Below are positions 41,623 to 51,705 of a DNA stretch of 64,000 nt, in pieces. Position numbers and translations under genes: made by a program. Position 1 is the stretch's first letter. The number at the start of each line of letters is the position of its first letter. The DNA is from Leptolyngbyaceae cyanobacterium (lineage in GTDB: Bacteria > Cyanobacteriota > Cyanobacteriia > Phormidesmidales > Phormidesmidaceae), in contig CBDHHL010000056.1 in the NCBI GenBank assembly GCA_965263355.1, positions 2,240,001 to 2,304,000 on the forward strand, in the 5' to 3' direction. The notes under the pieces were generated by a model. The model made no database searches. It was given only the letters and a program-made list of their open reading frames with translations, and was not told the origin of the DNA.

Positions 41623-42318
41623 TTAATCCGAGACTTTTACCGCCTCAAGTAAGCGAGAAAAATAAAACTGTGATGCAGTAAACTCGTTACGCTTTACTTG
41701 CCAACCGTTAGCTTTCAATACCGCACGCACATCAGCTTCACTATGCAAATAGGCACGGGTAGCCTTACTGGGGCCAGGAAAAAACTCGCCAATGCGTTTG
41801 AGCAGTATATAGAAAGGATTCTTGGGCGCAAAGCTCAAAATTAATCGTTCTTCCGCCAAAGAACTTAAATGGGAAATCATGTCACCCGCTTTGTCTTGAG
41901 GATAGTGAATTAACACATCCAGACAAATAACAGTATGATAGCTGCCATCTAAAGTCTCCAAATCCTGAGCATCAAAGACAGGTATAGCCTCAGGTGCCAA
42001 CTCCTCCCTAGAGCGACAAATGGCTTCTTCTACCATTTTTTCGGAAATGTCACTGGCATAAACCTTGGCCCCCATAGCGGCTAGCGGAATACTCAAACTA
42101 CCCACGCCACAGCCTGCATCACACACAGTCAGTCCTGCTGCACTACCATCCTGCTTAAACCAGTAAAGGACATGATCAACCGTTTGCTGATGGCCTTCAC
42201 GAATATCACGCTGCACTTTATTAACCTGACCATTCCCATAAATACGGTTCCATCGATCGAAACCTTGGGCGTTGAAATAGTCTCGAACGATGGTCTTATC
42301 GTCAGTTGAACTTGTCAT
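41623..42318 (-). CDS. chlM: Mg-protoporphyrin IX methyltransferase
   Basis: YFNAQGFDRW, DAGCGVG, CLDVLIHY, FPGPSKATRAY. Confidence 0.95.
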   Translation of the reverse strand: MTSSTDDKTIVRDYFNAQGFDRWNRIYGNGQVNKVQRDIREGHQQTVDHVLYWFKQDGSAAGLTVCDAGCGVGSLSIPLAAMGAKVYASDISEKMVEEAICRSREELAPEAIPVFDAQDLETLDGSYHTVICLDVLIHYPQDKAGDMISHLSSLAEERLILSFAPKNPFYILLKRIGEFFPGPSKATRAYLHSEADVRAVLKANGWQVKRNEFTASQFYFSRLLEAVKVSD

Positions 42319-42533
42319 AGGATTGGTCAGAAACAATCGATAGCATTTCTTTACCGTCAGATCCTATTACGTTTTGGCAATCAGCGATCCAATACCCACG
42401 TCTGACCACTCATCATTCAATGCCCTATCCGAAATTGTGCTCTTGACGCACAACTAACGGCCCCAGGTACCAATTGAATACGGGAAATTTTGCTAGATTT
42501 ACAGTTCAGTTATTCAAGCCTGTAATCCGGTCT

Positions 42534-42561
42534 ACTTTCGACTTCTGACTTCCGACTTCAG
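42534..42561. repeat. Heptamer tandem repeat (STRR-like, 4 units)
   Basis: actttcg acttctg acttccg acttcag. Confidence 0.7.
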
Positions 42562-42608
42562 CCCTAGCCTAAATTTTCCGGCTAGAGTTGATACTCATGG
42601 CCCCTCCA

Positions 42609-43757
42609 TTAATTTTCTAAAATTCGCTGCCAACTTAAGCGCACGCCATCGTAATGCCAACGTATCAAGTGGCACATTTGTCTGGGAGCCAATCCCGGTA
42701 ACCCGATCGCCTGACGCGGCTGTTCCGTTGCTAAAACAATCGCCTCATCTACGTCACACAAACCCCACGAAACTAAATTGATGGCTCCATCCAACAAAGG
42801 GCGAGTCGTTCCCGATAGAGTCCCATCCGGTAACCGGGCAGTCCCATCTACCACTTCTATCTCACGGCTATCCCAGGGATAGGTTCCGTCTGGCAAACCG
42901 AGGGGAGCCAGCGCATCACTGACTAAAAAAAGGCCACCTGCTCCAGAACGACCACGACCTGCTCTGAGTAACAGATCGAGCATGGTAGGGCAGACATGCT
43001 GTCCATCGGCGATTAAACCAACAAACACATTGGGATGGGTCAACGCTGCCCCCAACAACCCTGGTTCACGATGGTGTAACCCTGGCATGGCATTAAACGC
43101 ATGGGTCACCATTGAGGCACCTTGGGAAAACGCGTCTTGAGCTTGGGTCGCCGTCGCCAGGGAGTGCCCTAAACTGACGATAATATTGTGAGATCGCAAC
43201 CATGGAATCACCCCTGTCGCCACTTCCATTTCTGGAGCTAGGGTGACAATCTTAATCACATCCACATAAAGCTCTAATAGGGGTTGCACCCGATCCAGTG
43301 ACAAGGACTGAAGATATTCCTGGGGATGTGCGCCCCGTTTAGCCGGATTCAAGAATGGTCCCTCTAGATGAGCCCCGAGCACCGTTGCATGGTGAGGATA
43401 CCCCCCAGCTGCTTGATAAGCCTGAATCACTGCTAAACTACGTTGAATTTGCTCAGGATGCGCAGTTACCAGAGTCGGTATAAAGGCATCAATACCTTGA
43501 TTCCATAAAAAACTGGCTGCTTTTTGTAGTTCTATCGGATCAGCAAGATCAGGAAACGCCAGCCCTAATGCCCCATTAATTTGTATATCCACCCCTCCCA
43601 AGGAAACCCAATCACCGTTTAAGTCAATTGCCTGTGCTGCATTAGCAGCGACTTTAGCCATAGGCAAAATCGACCGCAGCTGATTGTCTGCCACCTCAAG
43701 ACAGAACAACCCTGACATTTGGGGTAATCGTGCATTGAGCAAAATTGACATGGGCAC
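42609..43757 (-). CDS. nagA: N-acetylglucosamine-6-phosphate deacetylase
   Basis: HLEGPF, KRGAH, TLAPE, THAFNAM, IADGQH. Confidence 0.95.
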   Translation of the reverse strand: MPMSILLNARLPQMSGLFCLEVADNQLRSILPMAKVAANAAQAIDLNGDWVSLGGVDIQINGALGLAFPDLADPIELQKAASFLWNQGIDAFIPTLVTAHPEQIQRSLAVIQAYQAAGGYPHHATVLGAHLEGPFLNPAKRGAHPQEYLQSLSLDRVQPLLELYVDVIKIVTLAPEMEVATGVIPWLRSHNIIVSLGHSLATATQAQDAFSQGASMVTHAFNAMPGLHHREPGLLGAALTHPNVFVGLIADGQHVCPTMLDLLLRAGRGRSGAGGLFLVSDALAPLGLPDGTYPWDSREIEVVDGTARLPDGTLSGTTRPLLDGAINLVSWGLCDVDEAIVLATEQPRQAIGLPGLAPRQMCHLIRWHYDGVRLSWQRILEN

Positions 43758-43956
43758 TTCACGCTCAAATCTTCGTACGAATCATCCCATAAGAACCCAG
43801 TAGGCTATCAACAGCTACCAGCAAAACCAACTATGGTTATCGATGCACATATGGGTCGATGGTACGTCAGGGTAACGTTATCACGTATGAATCTTAGAGA
43901 TACTTTTTGTCCTGACTGACCTGACAGATTGTCTACACTATTTCACGGATCATCCT

Positions 43957-44499
43957 ATGACTTCTCCCCTTGTCGGCATTATTATGGGCAGCGATTCTGA
44001 CCTGCCCACTATGGAAGCAGCCATTATTGTTTGCGAAGACTTCAAAATTCCCCATGAGGTTGCTATTGTATCGGCTCATCGCACCCCACAACGCATGGTG
44101 CAGTATGCCCAAACTGCCGTCGAACGAGGCTTAAAGGTAATCATTGCAGGCGCAGGCGGAGCCGCTCATCTACCTGGAATGGTAGCGGCTATAACACCGC
44201 TACCTGTGATTGGTGTGCCGGTTAAAAGTCGCAGCATGCAGGGTATCGACTCCCTTTATTCCATCGTTCAGATGCCTGGGGGCATCCCGGTGGCAACGGT
44301 GGCCATTGGCAATGCCAAAAATGCAGGCTTGCTGGCGATCCAGATATTAGCGACTTGCGATCGCGAACTCTTACAGCAAATCCAAGCCTATCGCCAAACC
44401 CTGGAAAACAACGTCTTACAAAAGCAACATCGCCTGGATGAACTGGGTCCCCATCCGTACCTAAAAACGATATTTCCATCAAAAAACATTGACAAATAG
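43957..44499 (+). CDS. purE: N5-CAIR mutase
   Basis: [24 protein letters not shown]. Confidence 0.97.
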   Translation: MTSPLVGIIMGSDSDLPTMEAAIIVCEDFKIPHEVAIVSAHRTPQRMVQYAQTAVERGLKVIIAGAGGAAHLPGMVAAITPLPVIGVPVKSRSMQGIDSLYSIVQMPGGIPVATVAIGNAKNAGLLAIQILATCDRELLQQIQAYRQTLENNVLQKQHRLDELGPHPYLKTIFPSKNIDK

Positions 44500-44603
44500 C
44501 CCTAAGCACAAGGCTTTAAGACCGAGTCAGATTATTAATTTTTGAAAAGAACCAAAAATAAGTAAGGCTCAAACCCCTAATATTCCATTCACACAGAACA
44601 AGT

Positions 44604-44617
44604 GTATTTCTTGATAC
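44604..44617. promoter_or_regulatory. NtcA binding site upstream of amt1
   Basis: tGTA-TTTCTTGA-TACa (GTA-N8-TAC); amt1 is an established NtcA target. Confidence 0.75.
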
Positions 44618-44945
44618 AGAACGACTTGACTGAAATTGGTGGAATCTATCTAATGGGCATTTGTAATGTCCCAGAACAGATACATCTGCTGCCAAGTTGT
44701 TGTAGGTGCAAGATATGGCAAATATGCTGCTGGTAAAAATTCTTAGTTGAGCCCAATTTTGATTTTTCCCAGGTTCAGCATTGGCATATCACGGTTTTAG
44801 GCCCATAGTGGGTCATTGAGTATCTTGAACTGTCAAGGTCCCCTCACACATAGACTTCACTGTCTAGGATCCGAATCCTTTGAGAGTGGGGTTTAAGTTG
44901 ATTGGATTGTGTTGATTGGATTGTGTTGTAGGAACGTCTGTTGAG

Positions 44946-46400
44946 ATGTCTAGTCTAAATTTGAGCCGCAAGGCAAGACGACGTAAATCGTCTGTCTGGG
45001 ATACCTATGCGCCGCCATTTGATCAAATGGCTAAGCGCTTTTTTGGCAGAAGCTTTTCCTGGGCTTGGCTAGCTTGTATACCTTTGGCACTCGTTATTGT
45101 TGCCACTTGGAATACAGCAGCCCATGCGCAGGAAGATGCCATCACTGCTGACAATGTTCAGTTTGTTTTAGATAACATCTGGGTGCTGGTCGCAGCTATC
45201 CTGGTGATTTTCATGAATGCTGGTTTCGGTATGTTAGAAACTGGATTCTGCCGCCAGAAGAACGCTGTTAATATTCTTTCCAAAAACTTAATCGTCTTCG
45301 CTTTAGCCACCTTATCCTTCTGGGCTTTTGGGTTTGGTTTCATGTTCAATGAAGCGACTCCTGTGATTGGTTTAGGCAATTTCTTTTTGTCTGGCTATTC
45401 CACTGATACCCCTGAGTTTGGAAATTTGACAGTCCCTGTGTTTTTCCTATTCCAGGCGGCGTTTGCAGGAACTGCAGCAACTATCGTTTCTGGTGCAGTT
45501 GCAGAGCGGATTAAGTTTATTGATTTCATCATCTTTAGCATTTTGCTAACAGCAATTTCTTATCCAATCACTGGTCACTGGGTATGGACTGGGACTGGTT
45601 GGCTAGGTGCAAACGTTGGCTTTTCTGACTTTGCTGGGTCTACTGTTGTGCACTCTGTCGGTGGTTGGGCCGCTCTGTGTGGTGCAGCCATCCTTGGCCC
45701 TCGCATTGGTAAATACCAAGACGGTCAAATCAATGCTATTCCGGGCCACAACATGAGTATTGCTACTCTTGGCTGTTTGATTCTGTGGATCGGCTGGTTT
45801 GGGTTTAACCCTGGCTCTGAGCTAGCAGCTGATGCAGCTGTACCTTACATTGCTGTAACCACTAACTTGGCAGCAGCAGCCGGTGGTGTAGCCGCCACTG
45901 TAACTGCTTGGATCATGAGCGGTAAGCCTGATCTATCCATGATCATCAACGGCATCTTGGCTGGTTTAGTTGGCATCACTGCTGGTTGTGCTGGCGCTAG
46001 CTTCTTTGGTGCAGTCATCATCGGCTTAGTAGCAGGTATACTCGTTGTTTTCTCTGTCGGTTTCTTTGACAGCATTAAGATCGATGACCCTGTCGGTGCC
46101 ATCTCTGTACACCTTGTTTGCGGTATTTGGGGCACACTTGCAGTTGGCCTATTCGATACGTCTTCTGGCTTGTTCTACGGTGGCGGTATCGGTCAGCTAA
46201 TTGCTCAGATTATCGGTATTATTGCCATTGGTCTGTTTACCGTTGTCTTCAGCGCTGTTGTTTGGACTATCCTCAAGTCTGCCTTTGGCCTACGCGTTTC
46301 TGCCGAGGAAGAACTCAAGGGTTTGGATATTGGTGAGCACGGAATGGAAGCTTATAGCGGTTTCCTCAAGGACACTAGCGATATGGGCGGTGTTGCCTAG
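44946..46400 (+). CDS. amt1: Ammonium transporter Amt1
   Basis: [37 protein letters not shown]. Confidence 0.96.
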   Translation: MSSLNLSRKARRRKSSVWDTYAPPFDQMAKRFFGRSFSWAWLACIPLALVIVATWNTAAHAQEDAITADNVQFVLDNIWVLVAAILVIFMNAGFGMLETGFCRQKNAVNILSKNLIVFALATLSFWAFGFGFMFNEATPVIGLGNFFLSGYSTDTPEFGNLTVPVFFLFQAAFAGTAATIVSGAVAERIKFIDFIIFSILLTAISYPITGHWVWTGTGWLGANVGFSDFAGSTVVHSVGGWAALCGAAILGPRIGKYQDGQINAIPGHNMSIATLGCLILWIGWFGFNPGSELAADAAVPYIAVTTNLAAAAGGVAATVTAWIMSGKPDLSMIINGILAGLVGITAGCAGASFFGAVIIGLVAGILVVFSVGFFDSIKIDDPVGAISVHLVCGIWGTLAVGLFDTSSGLFYGGGIGQLIAQIIGIIAIGLFTVVFSAVVWTILKSAFGLRVSAEEELKGLDIGEHGMEAYSGFLKDTSDMGGVA

Positions 46401-46461
46401 GTTCTAGGTAGCCTACGTTCTTCCAATACGCCTTATAGGTGTTAGAAGAATATCTGCTATT

Positions 46462-46503
46462 AGGGAGGCTGATTTCTTAGCGGAATCAGCCTCCCTGCTT
46501 TTT
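46462..46503 (+). terminator. Rho-independent terminator of amt1
   Basis: AGGGAGGCTGATT...AATCAGCCTCCCT followed by gcTTTTT. Confidence 0.85.
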
Positions 46504-46619
46504 AGGTACATACTTTCTTACCCTAAGCTTAGTTACAATTCCTCCGCAGGCTGTGTAGGCGCTGATAAGGTTGGGGCAGTTGAGTTAACGGTCTCAACAT
46601 CAATTAAATCCTACGGTTA

Positions 46620-48635
46620 ATGGGCAATCCGGCTTCAGTTTTAGACGAGCTGCTTGCGGCCTTACCCACATTAAGGCCACAAATGTATTTCAAAACATCG
46701 CTGACGGCCCTTTCCCATGCGATGGAGGATCAGGTATTGGCAGGGGATGATCGCCCCTTAATGATTGCTAGCTTTCAGCAAGAGCGATTTTATCGTCAAG
46801 AAGCCCATCGCTATTTGCGGCTGGCTGACATTACTTCTCAAATTTATGTCTTAGCAGCAGCAGATACTAAGTTTGCCGATACCGATGGCACTACCAGGCA
46901 CGAAACAATTGCCTTTGAACCAGAGGATGCATTAGTCCACGAGTGGCATCTGGTAGTACTGGGCAAACAGTATACCGCCTGTTTAATTTGCCGCGAACAT
47001 CAGCAAGACGCTCAAAAACCCAAAATTCTCAGTGGTGTACCTGATTTTGATCAAAGCCGTCGCTTTGAGGGCATTTGGACTCTTGATCGACATGTATGCG
47101 AGCAGGCAGCCTATATTTTGTTACAGCGAATCGCTCACTATCGACCAGATTTAGCCGACCAGGTTACGCAAGCTCAAATACAGTTTCTGCCTGCGGCCCT
47201 ATTGCAAGGTCAATCCAATAGCGAGGAAATTGCAGAGTCCTACCCGTTTGCACAGCGGTTAGTAACCTACGTACAGGCTAGCCAGTATAAGCTGCTGAAA
47301 GCTTATAAAACAATGGCCGCCCAGGAAAATCGAGAGCGTTTAATCAACTCTATTACAGCAGCCATTCGTCAATCGTTAAACCCAACGGAGGTGTTTGCGA
47401 TCGCAACCCACGAACTTGGCCAACAAATTGCCACCTGCCGCTGCATTATTTATCGCAGTGGGAATAGCGCCAGCGTTGAAATCCATCACGAATTCCGTCA
47501 ATCCAATATCACTTCCCTCAAAGGTAAAATTTGGCCCCTGGTGGAAAATCCTTTATTCCAAACCGTCAACCGCCAACGAGAATCTCTGACATATCTACGG
47601 TACGAAACTGACAATCAAGATACTAATGTTTTCGAAGATATCTCAACAATCGCAGCACTATTGGACCAGTGGGACATTCGCGGCTGTTTACTCGTTCCCC
47701 TGATTTACCAAGAACGTCTGCTGGGGATGATCGAATTACACCAATGCACAGCCGCACCACAGCTTTGGAACAAACATGACATTAGTTTAGTAGAAGCCGT
47801 AGCGACCCAGCTCAGCGTTGCTGTTATTCAAGCTGAAGCCTATGCCAACCTAGAAAGTCTCAATCAACAGCTAGAAGCCCTCGACCGCACACGCAGTAAC
47901 TTGATCGCCATCACTGGCCATGAACTACGTACACCCTTATCAACAATTCGAGTCTGCCTAGAAAGCATTTTCACAGAACCAGATATGCCAGCCGATATGC
48001 GACAAGCAATGTTGCAAACTGCAATGGATGATTCCGAACGAATGCAGCGGCTCGTTCAAGACTTCCTCACCCTATCACGCCTAGAAAGTGGCCGGATCGA
48101 ATGGAATCTCGAATCACTTTCCCTGAACGAATGTGTAGCCCTTGCCCTAAGCAGTCGACGGACTAACTCCAGTTACCCGCATATCACAATCGACTTGCCA
48201 GATAACTTACCTCTGATTCGGGGTGATGGCGAATGGATTGTTGAAGTTCTCACAAAACTTCTTGACAATGCCTGCAAGTTTACTGATCCGAACGGTAGTA
48301 TTTCTATCGCAGCTATTATTAAAGACAATGCGCTGATAGAAGTTTCTGTCAATGACAGTGGTCGAGGCATTGAGCCTGAGCGTCTAGAAACTGTCTTTGA
48401 ACGCTTTTATCAAGAGGAAGGAGCACTGCGTCGATCAGTGGGCGGAACAGGTCTCGGGCTTGCGATTTGTCGTCAGATTGTAGAAGCCCAAGGCGGTAAA
48501 ATTTGGGCTACGTCGGAGGGCAAAGATAAAGGTACCCAAGTTCATTTCAGCTTACCTATAGCAGCCCAGAAATCAACCCGATCAAAAAAGAAAACAGGCA
48601 TCAAGTCATCACGTCCTAAAAAAATCTCAGTTTAG
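46620..48635 (+). CDS. hik2: DICT-GAF histidine kinase (Hik2/CSK type)
   Basis: YFKTSLTALSHAMED DICT, GAF, GHELRTPL, FYQEEGALRRSVGGTGLGL. Confidence 0.85.
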   Translation: MGNPASVLDELLAALPTLRPQMYFKTSLTALSHAMEDQVLAGDDRPLMIASFQQERFYRQEAHRYLRLADITSQIYVLAAADTKFADTDGTTRHETIAFEPEDALVHEWHLVVLGKQYTACLICREHQQDAQKPKILSGVPDFDQSRRFEGIWTLDRHVCEQAAYILLQRIAHYRPDLADQVTQAQIQFLPAALLQGQSNSEEIAESYPFAQRLVTYVQASQYKLLKAYKTMAAQENRERLINSITAAIRQSLNPTEVFAIATHELGQQIATCRCIIYRSGNSASVEIHHEFRQSNITSLKGKIWPLVENPLFQTVNRQRESLTYLRYETDNQDTNVFEDISTIAALLDQWDIRGCLLVPLIYQERLLGMIELHQCTAAPQLWNKHDISLVEAVATQLSVAVIQAEAYANLESLNQQLEALDRTRSNLIAITGHELRTPLSTIRVCLESIFTEPDMPADMRQAMLQTAMDDSERMQRLVQDFLTLSRLESGRIEWNLESLSLNECVALALSSRRTNSSYPHITIDLPDNLPLIRGDGEWIVEVLTKLLDNACKFTDPNGSISIAAIIKDNALIEVSVNDSGRGIEPERLETVFERFYQEEGALRRSVGGTGLGLAICRQIVEAQGGKIWATSEGKDKGTQVHFSLPIAAQKSTRSKKKTGIKSSRPKKISV

Positions 48636-48664
48636 TTTACTCCAACAGCGAGAAACGATATTGC

Positions 48665-49894
48665 TTAACGGTTTTCCGGTAGAGGTTGGCCAAAGGTTAA
48701 TGGCGCAGATAACTCAGTTTGCACGATCGTACGCTCAGCCGCTGGTTGTTGAATAGGTTTTGGTACAGAGTTCTCACCACCGTTCTCAACAGTAGCTGGA
48801 GGGTTTTGCACCTCCACTGGAGCTAACGCTGTCTCTGTCGGCACCACAGACACAGACACATCAGTCTCCGACACATCTGCAGCGGCAGCTACCTCGATAT
48901 CCATAGAGGGTACATCTGCAGAAGCTTCAGCCCCAGACACCTCGACACTTTGAGAAAGTGCCGAGTCAAATGGTTCCAGCCCATCAGGCTCATCAGATGG
49001 AGCATCTACACCAGCACCTAGATCTGGCAAGCTTGATGGACGGGATGCGGCTACTGGAGCGACCGAGGTGTTCAACGTCTCATTGACTTCAGTGTCCTCA
49101 AGCTCTGGCACTTTCATTGGGGGTATATCTGTTACCTCCGTCACAACAGCAGCAGTTGAAGCATTGACTTCAGGTAAATCTTCTAAAGGCGGGACAATAA
49201 CCGCATCCGTTAAGGGCGGCACCGTCACAACACCATGTGCAGGTTCAGACTCATAGGGATCCAGCGGTAAGGGGGCCGCAGCAACCGGCTTTTCAGACAG
49301 ACTAAGGTTAGCCGCTGACCAACTGATATCAGTATCAGGATTACGTGTTGGTACAGAGCCAGCACCTGCCACTACACTATCGCTACTACCAGTAATCAGC
49401 GGTCGAAAACGCCAATGCCGTTGACCGTCACCCCAATCATCAAATTGAATATCCGCTTGATCAGGCGACAGCACTATCTCAGGAGCTAACTCAATCACCA
49501 CCCTGACATTACCAGCGGCATGCTGTGCCACCCGAATATATTGCACAGCACCACCATACCTCTGCTCTGGGTTAACGTTGCCAATCTCCGTATCGGGGAT
49601 ATCTAGCACCAAGCGAGGAGGATCTGCAAGCAGAAAAAATTCTGGAAAGACCTGATCGGACAAGGAAAATGTCAGCTCACTGCTACTTATGTCAAATGAC
49701 CAATCTTGCAGCTCTTTGGCCCAACTCGGTGAAGTTGATAAGGCTAGAGCCGCAAGACTCGCTCCCAAGAACTGGTAAAAACGGTGCTTAAACCCCATAG
49801 CTCTTACCCGCAGAACACTAACAAACACGATTAAGGCTAAAAGCATACGGTACTTTGTCACAAATGACCGATATTTTTGATAAAAATTTCCCAC
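48665..49894 (-). CDS. AMIN-domain exported protein with acidic Pro-rich tail (start probably at MGFKH)
   Basis: DPPRLVLDIP, IRVAQ, VRVVIEL; FGQPLP end. Confidence 0.8.
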   Translation of the reverse strand: MGNFYQKYRSFVTKYRMLLALIVFVSVLRVRAMGFKHRFYQFLGASLAALALSTSPSWAKELQDWSFDISSSELTFSLSDQVFPEFFLLADPPRLVLDIPDTEIGNVNPEQRYGGAVQYIRVAQHAAGNVRVVIELAPEIVLSPDQADIQFDDWGDGQRHWRFRPLITGSSDSVVAGAGSVPTRNPDTDISWSAANLSLSEKPVAAAPLPLDPYESEPAHGVVTVPPLTDAVIVPPLEDLPEVNASTAAVVTEVTDIPPMKVPELEDTEVNETLNTSVAPVAASRPSSLPDLGAGVDAPSDEPDGLEPFDSALSQSVEVSGAEASADVPSMDIEVAAAADVSETDVSVSVVPTETALAPVEVQNPPATVENGGENSVPKPIQQPAAERTIVQTELSAPLTFGQPLPENR

Positions 49895-49977
49895 ACCTTA
49901 TGCTTTTGTAAGCCATGATAGGCTCAACCGGACAACGCTTAACTATTCGCACCCTTTAGAAAGGAAACATATAGCTT

Positions 49978-50073
49978 ATGGAAATGCATGAGTTGCTAAC
50001 ACTAATCTTGCTCCTCAGCCCTGGCTTGCTATTATCTGCCCTTGTTATGTCTGCCATGGCTTTTGGTGGCTAA
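49978..50073 (+). CDS. 31-aa membrane micro-protein, Norf4-like
   Basis: MEMHELLTLILLLSPGLLLSALVMSAMAFGG; AAGGA upstream; length and LxPGxLLS..GG pattern as recalled for Synechocystis Norf4. Confidence 0.7.
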   Translation: MEMHELLTLILLLSPGLLLSALVMSAMAFGG

Positions 50074-50164
50074 CCCTAGATTGAGCGCTTGAGCCTCTAG
50101 AAACCAAAGCCATACAAAAGCGTGATTGAATAACCAATAAAGGAAATACGTTGAGGTCTTTGCC

Positions 50165-50749
50165 ATGGTGATGGTTGAATCCACAATGCTGGCCTTAGGA
50201 ACCGAAGCTCCAGCATTTTCACTAGTAGATGTTGTGTCAGGTGCCCCTATCACCCTAGATACTTTCTCAAATAGCAAAGCGCTCTTGGTAATGTTTATTT
50301 GTGTCCACTGCCCTTTTGTCAAGCATGTGGAGCAAGAATTAGCAAACATTGGCCATGACTATGTCGATCAAGGTTTGGGAGTGGTCGCCATTAGCGCTAA
50401 CAGCATTGAAACCCATCCTCAAGATGCGCCTGAGCATATGAAAACTCAAGCAGACATTCAGGGCTTCAATTTTCCCTATTGCTATGACGATACCCAAGCC
50501 GTAGCGAAAGCCTACACTGCCGCCTGTACCCCTGACTTTTTCCTCTTTGATGCCCAGCTAAAATTGGTCTACCGGGGACAGTTGGATGACAGTCGCCCCA
50601 GTAATGGTAAGCCTGTTACCGGTAAAGATTTACGACAGGCGATTGATACAGTATTGGCTGGGCAAAGCATATCTGACACCCAGATACCAAGCGTTGGCTG
50701 CAATATCAAATGGACTCCAGGCCAAGCGCCAGCTTATTTTGGTGCCTAG
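50165..50749 (+). CDS. Thioredoxin-fold AhpC/TSA family protein
   Basis: FICVHCPFV, AACTPDFF, YRGQLDDSRP, SVGCNIKW. Confidence 0.9.
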   Translation: MVMVESTMLALGTEAPAFSLVDVVSGAPITLDTFSNSKALLVMFICVHCPFVKHVEQELANIGHDYVDQGLGVVAISANSIETHPQDAPEHMKTQADIQGFNFPYCYDDTQAVAKAYTAACTPDFFLFDAQLKLVYRGQLDDSRPSNGKPVTGKDLRQAIDTVLAGQSISDTQIPSVGCNIKWTPGQAPAYFGA

Positions 50750-50794
50750 TACAGCGTCAAGACCAGTAGTCGTCAAGTTGTTTGAACTTGACGA

Positions 50795-51688
50795 CTACTG
50801 ATATCTCAAGTTAGCTCTAGGATTAAATCCCTCAATAGCTCGTAGCTTTTCATAGAGTTCAGTTTCCTGAATGCTTAGGTTTGTGGGCACCACTACTTCT
50901 ATTTCCACAATTTGGTCGCCGCGTTCTTGTAATGCCCGACCATAGCCTTTACCGGCTAAACGCAGCTTTCTACCAGATTGAATGCCCGCTGGAATCGTCA
51001 TCTGCACTAACCCATCTAGGGTAGGCACTGTTATCTGCCCTCCCAGTGCTGCTTCACTGGGAGTAATTGGCAAATTGCAGATTATATCTTGACCTTGAAC
51101 AGTCAAAAAAGGATGGGGCTCTACCACAATATTGAGATACAGGTCGCCACCATTAATCCCTTGGCCCCTGAGACGAATCCGTTGCCCTGTAAACATCTTG
51201 GGCGGCATCTCTACTTCTAACGCTCGTCCGTCTTCGAGGCGTATCCGTTCTGTGCCCCCGTGAAACGCTCGCTCCAGAGGAACCTGTAAAGATGCCTCCG
51301 CATCACGGCGCTGGGAGGCGTTTGGGGCATCTGCTTTATGAGGTTGTTTCTGGGTTTTCTTTGCTTGGGCGGATGACTTAGGCCTTTCTCGACGATTGAG
51401 CAATTGCTCTACAAAGCGATTAAAGTCCTCTAAATCCCGATAGTCCGTCTCCGACTTTTGTTGTTGCCAATAGCGCCGATAATCATCGTACTGTGACTTA
51501 CGGTCTATATCTGACAGTATTTCATAGGCTTCATTCAAGGCTTTAAAGCGTTCTTCAGCTACTTGATCACCGGGATTAAGATCAGGATGACACTGGCGAG
51601 CAAGATGACGATAGGCCTGTTTGATTGTTTGTGAATCGGCAGTCTCAACAATGCCGAGAATCTCGTAATAGTCTCGAAAGTTTTGCAT
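50795..51688 (-). CDS. dnaJ: DnaJ class II chaperone (J domain plus C domain, no Zn finger)
   Basis: DYYEILG, HPD; directly downstream of dnaK. Confidence 0.92.
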   Translation of the reverse strand: MQNFRDYYEILGIVETADSQTIKQAYRHLARQCHPDLNPGDQVAEERFKALNEAYEILSDIDRKSQYDDYRRYWQQQKSETDYRDLEDFNRFVEQLLNRRERPKSSAQAKKTQKQPHKADAPNASQRRDAEASLQVPLERAFHGGTERIRLEDGRALEVEMPPKMFTGQRIRLRGQGINGGDLYLNIVVEPHPFLTVQGQDIICNLPITPSEAALGGQITVPTLDGLVQMTIPAGIQSGRKLRLAGKGYGRALQERGDQIVEIEVVVPTNLSIQETELYEKLRAIEGFNPRANLRYQ

Positions 51689-51705
51689 AGTGGGGTCAGA
51701 CCGAC

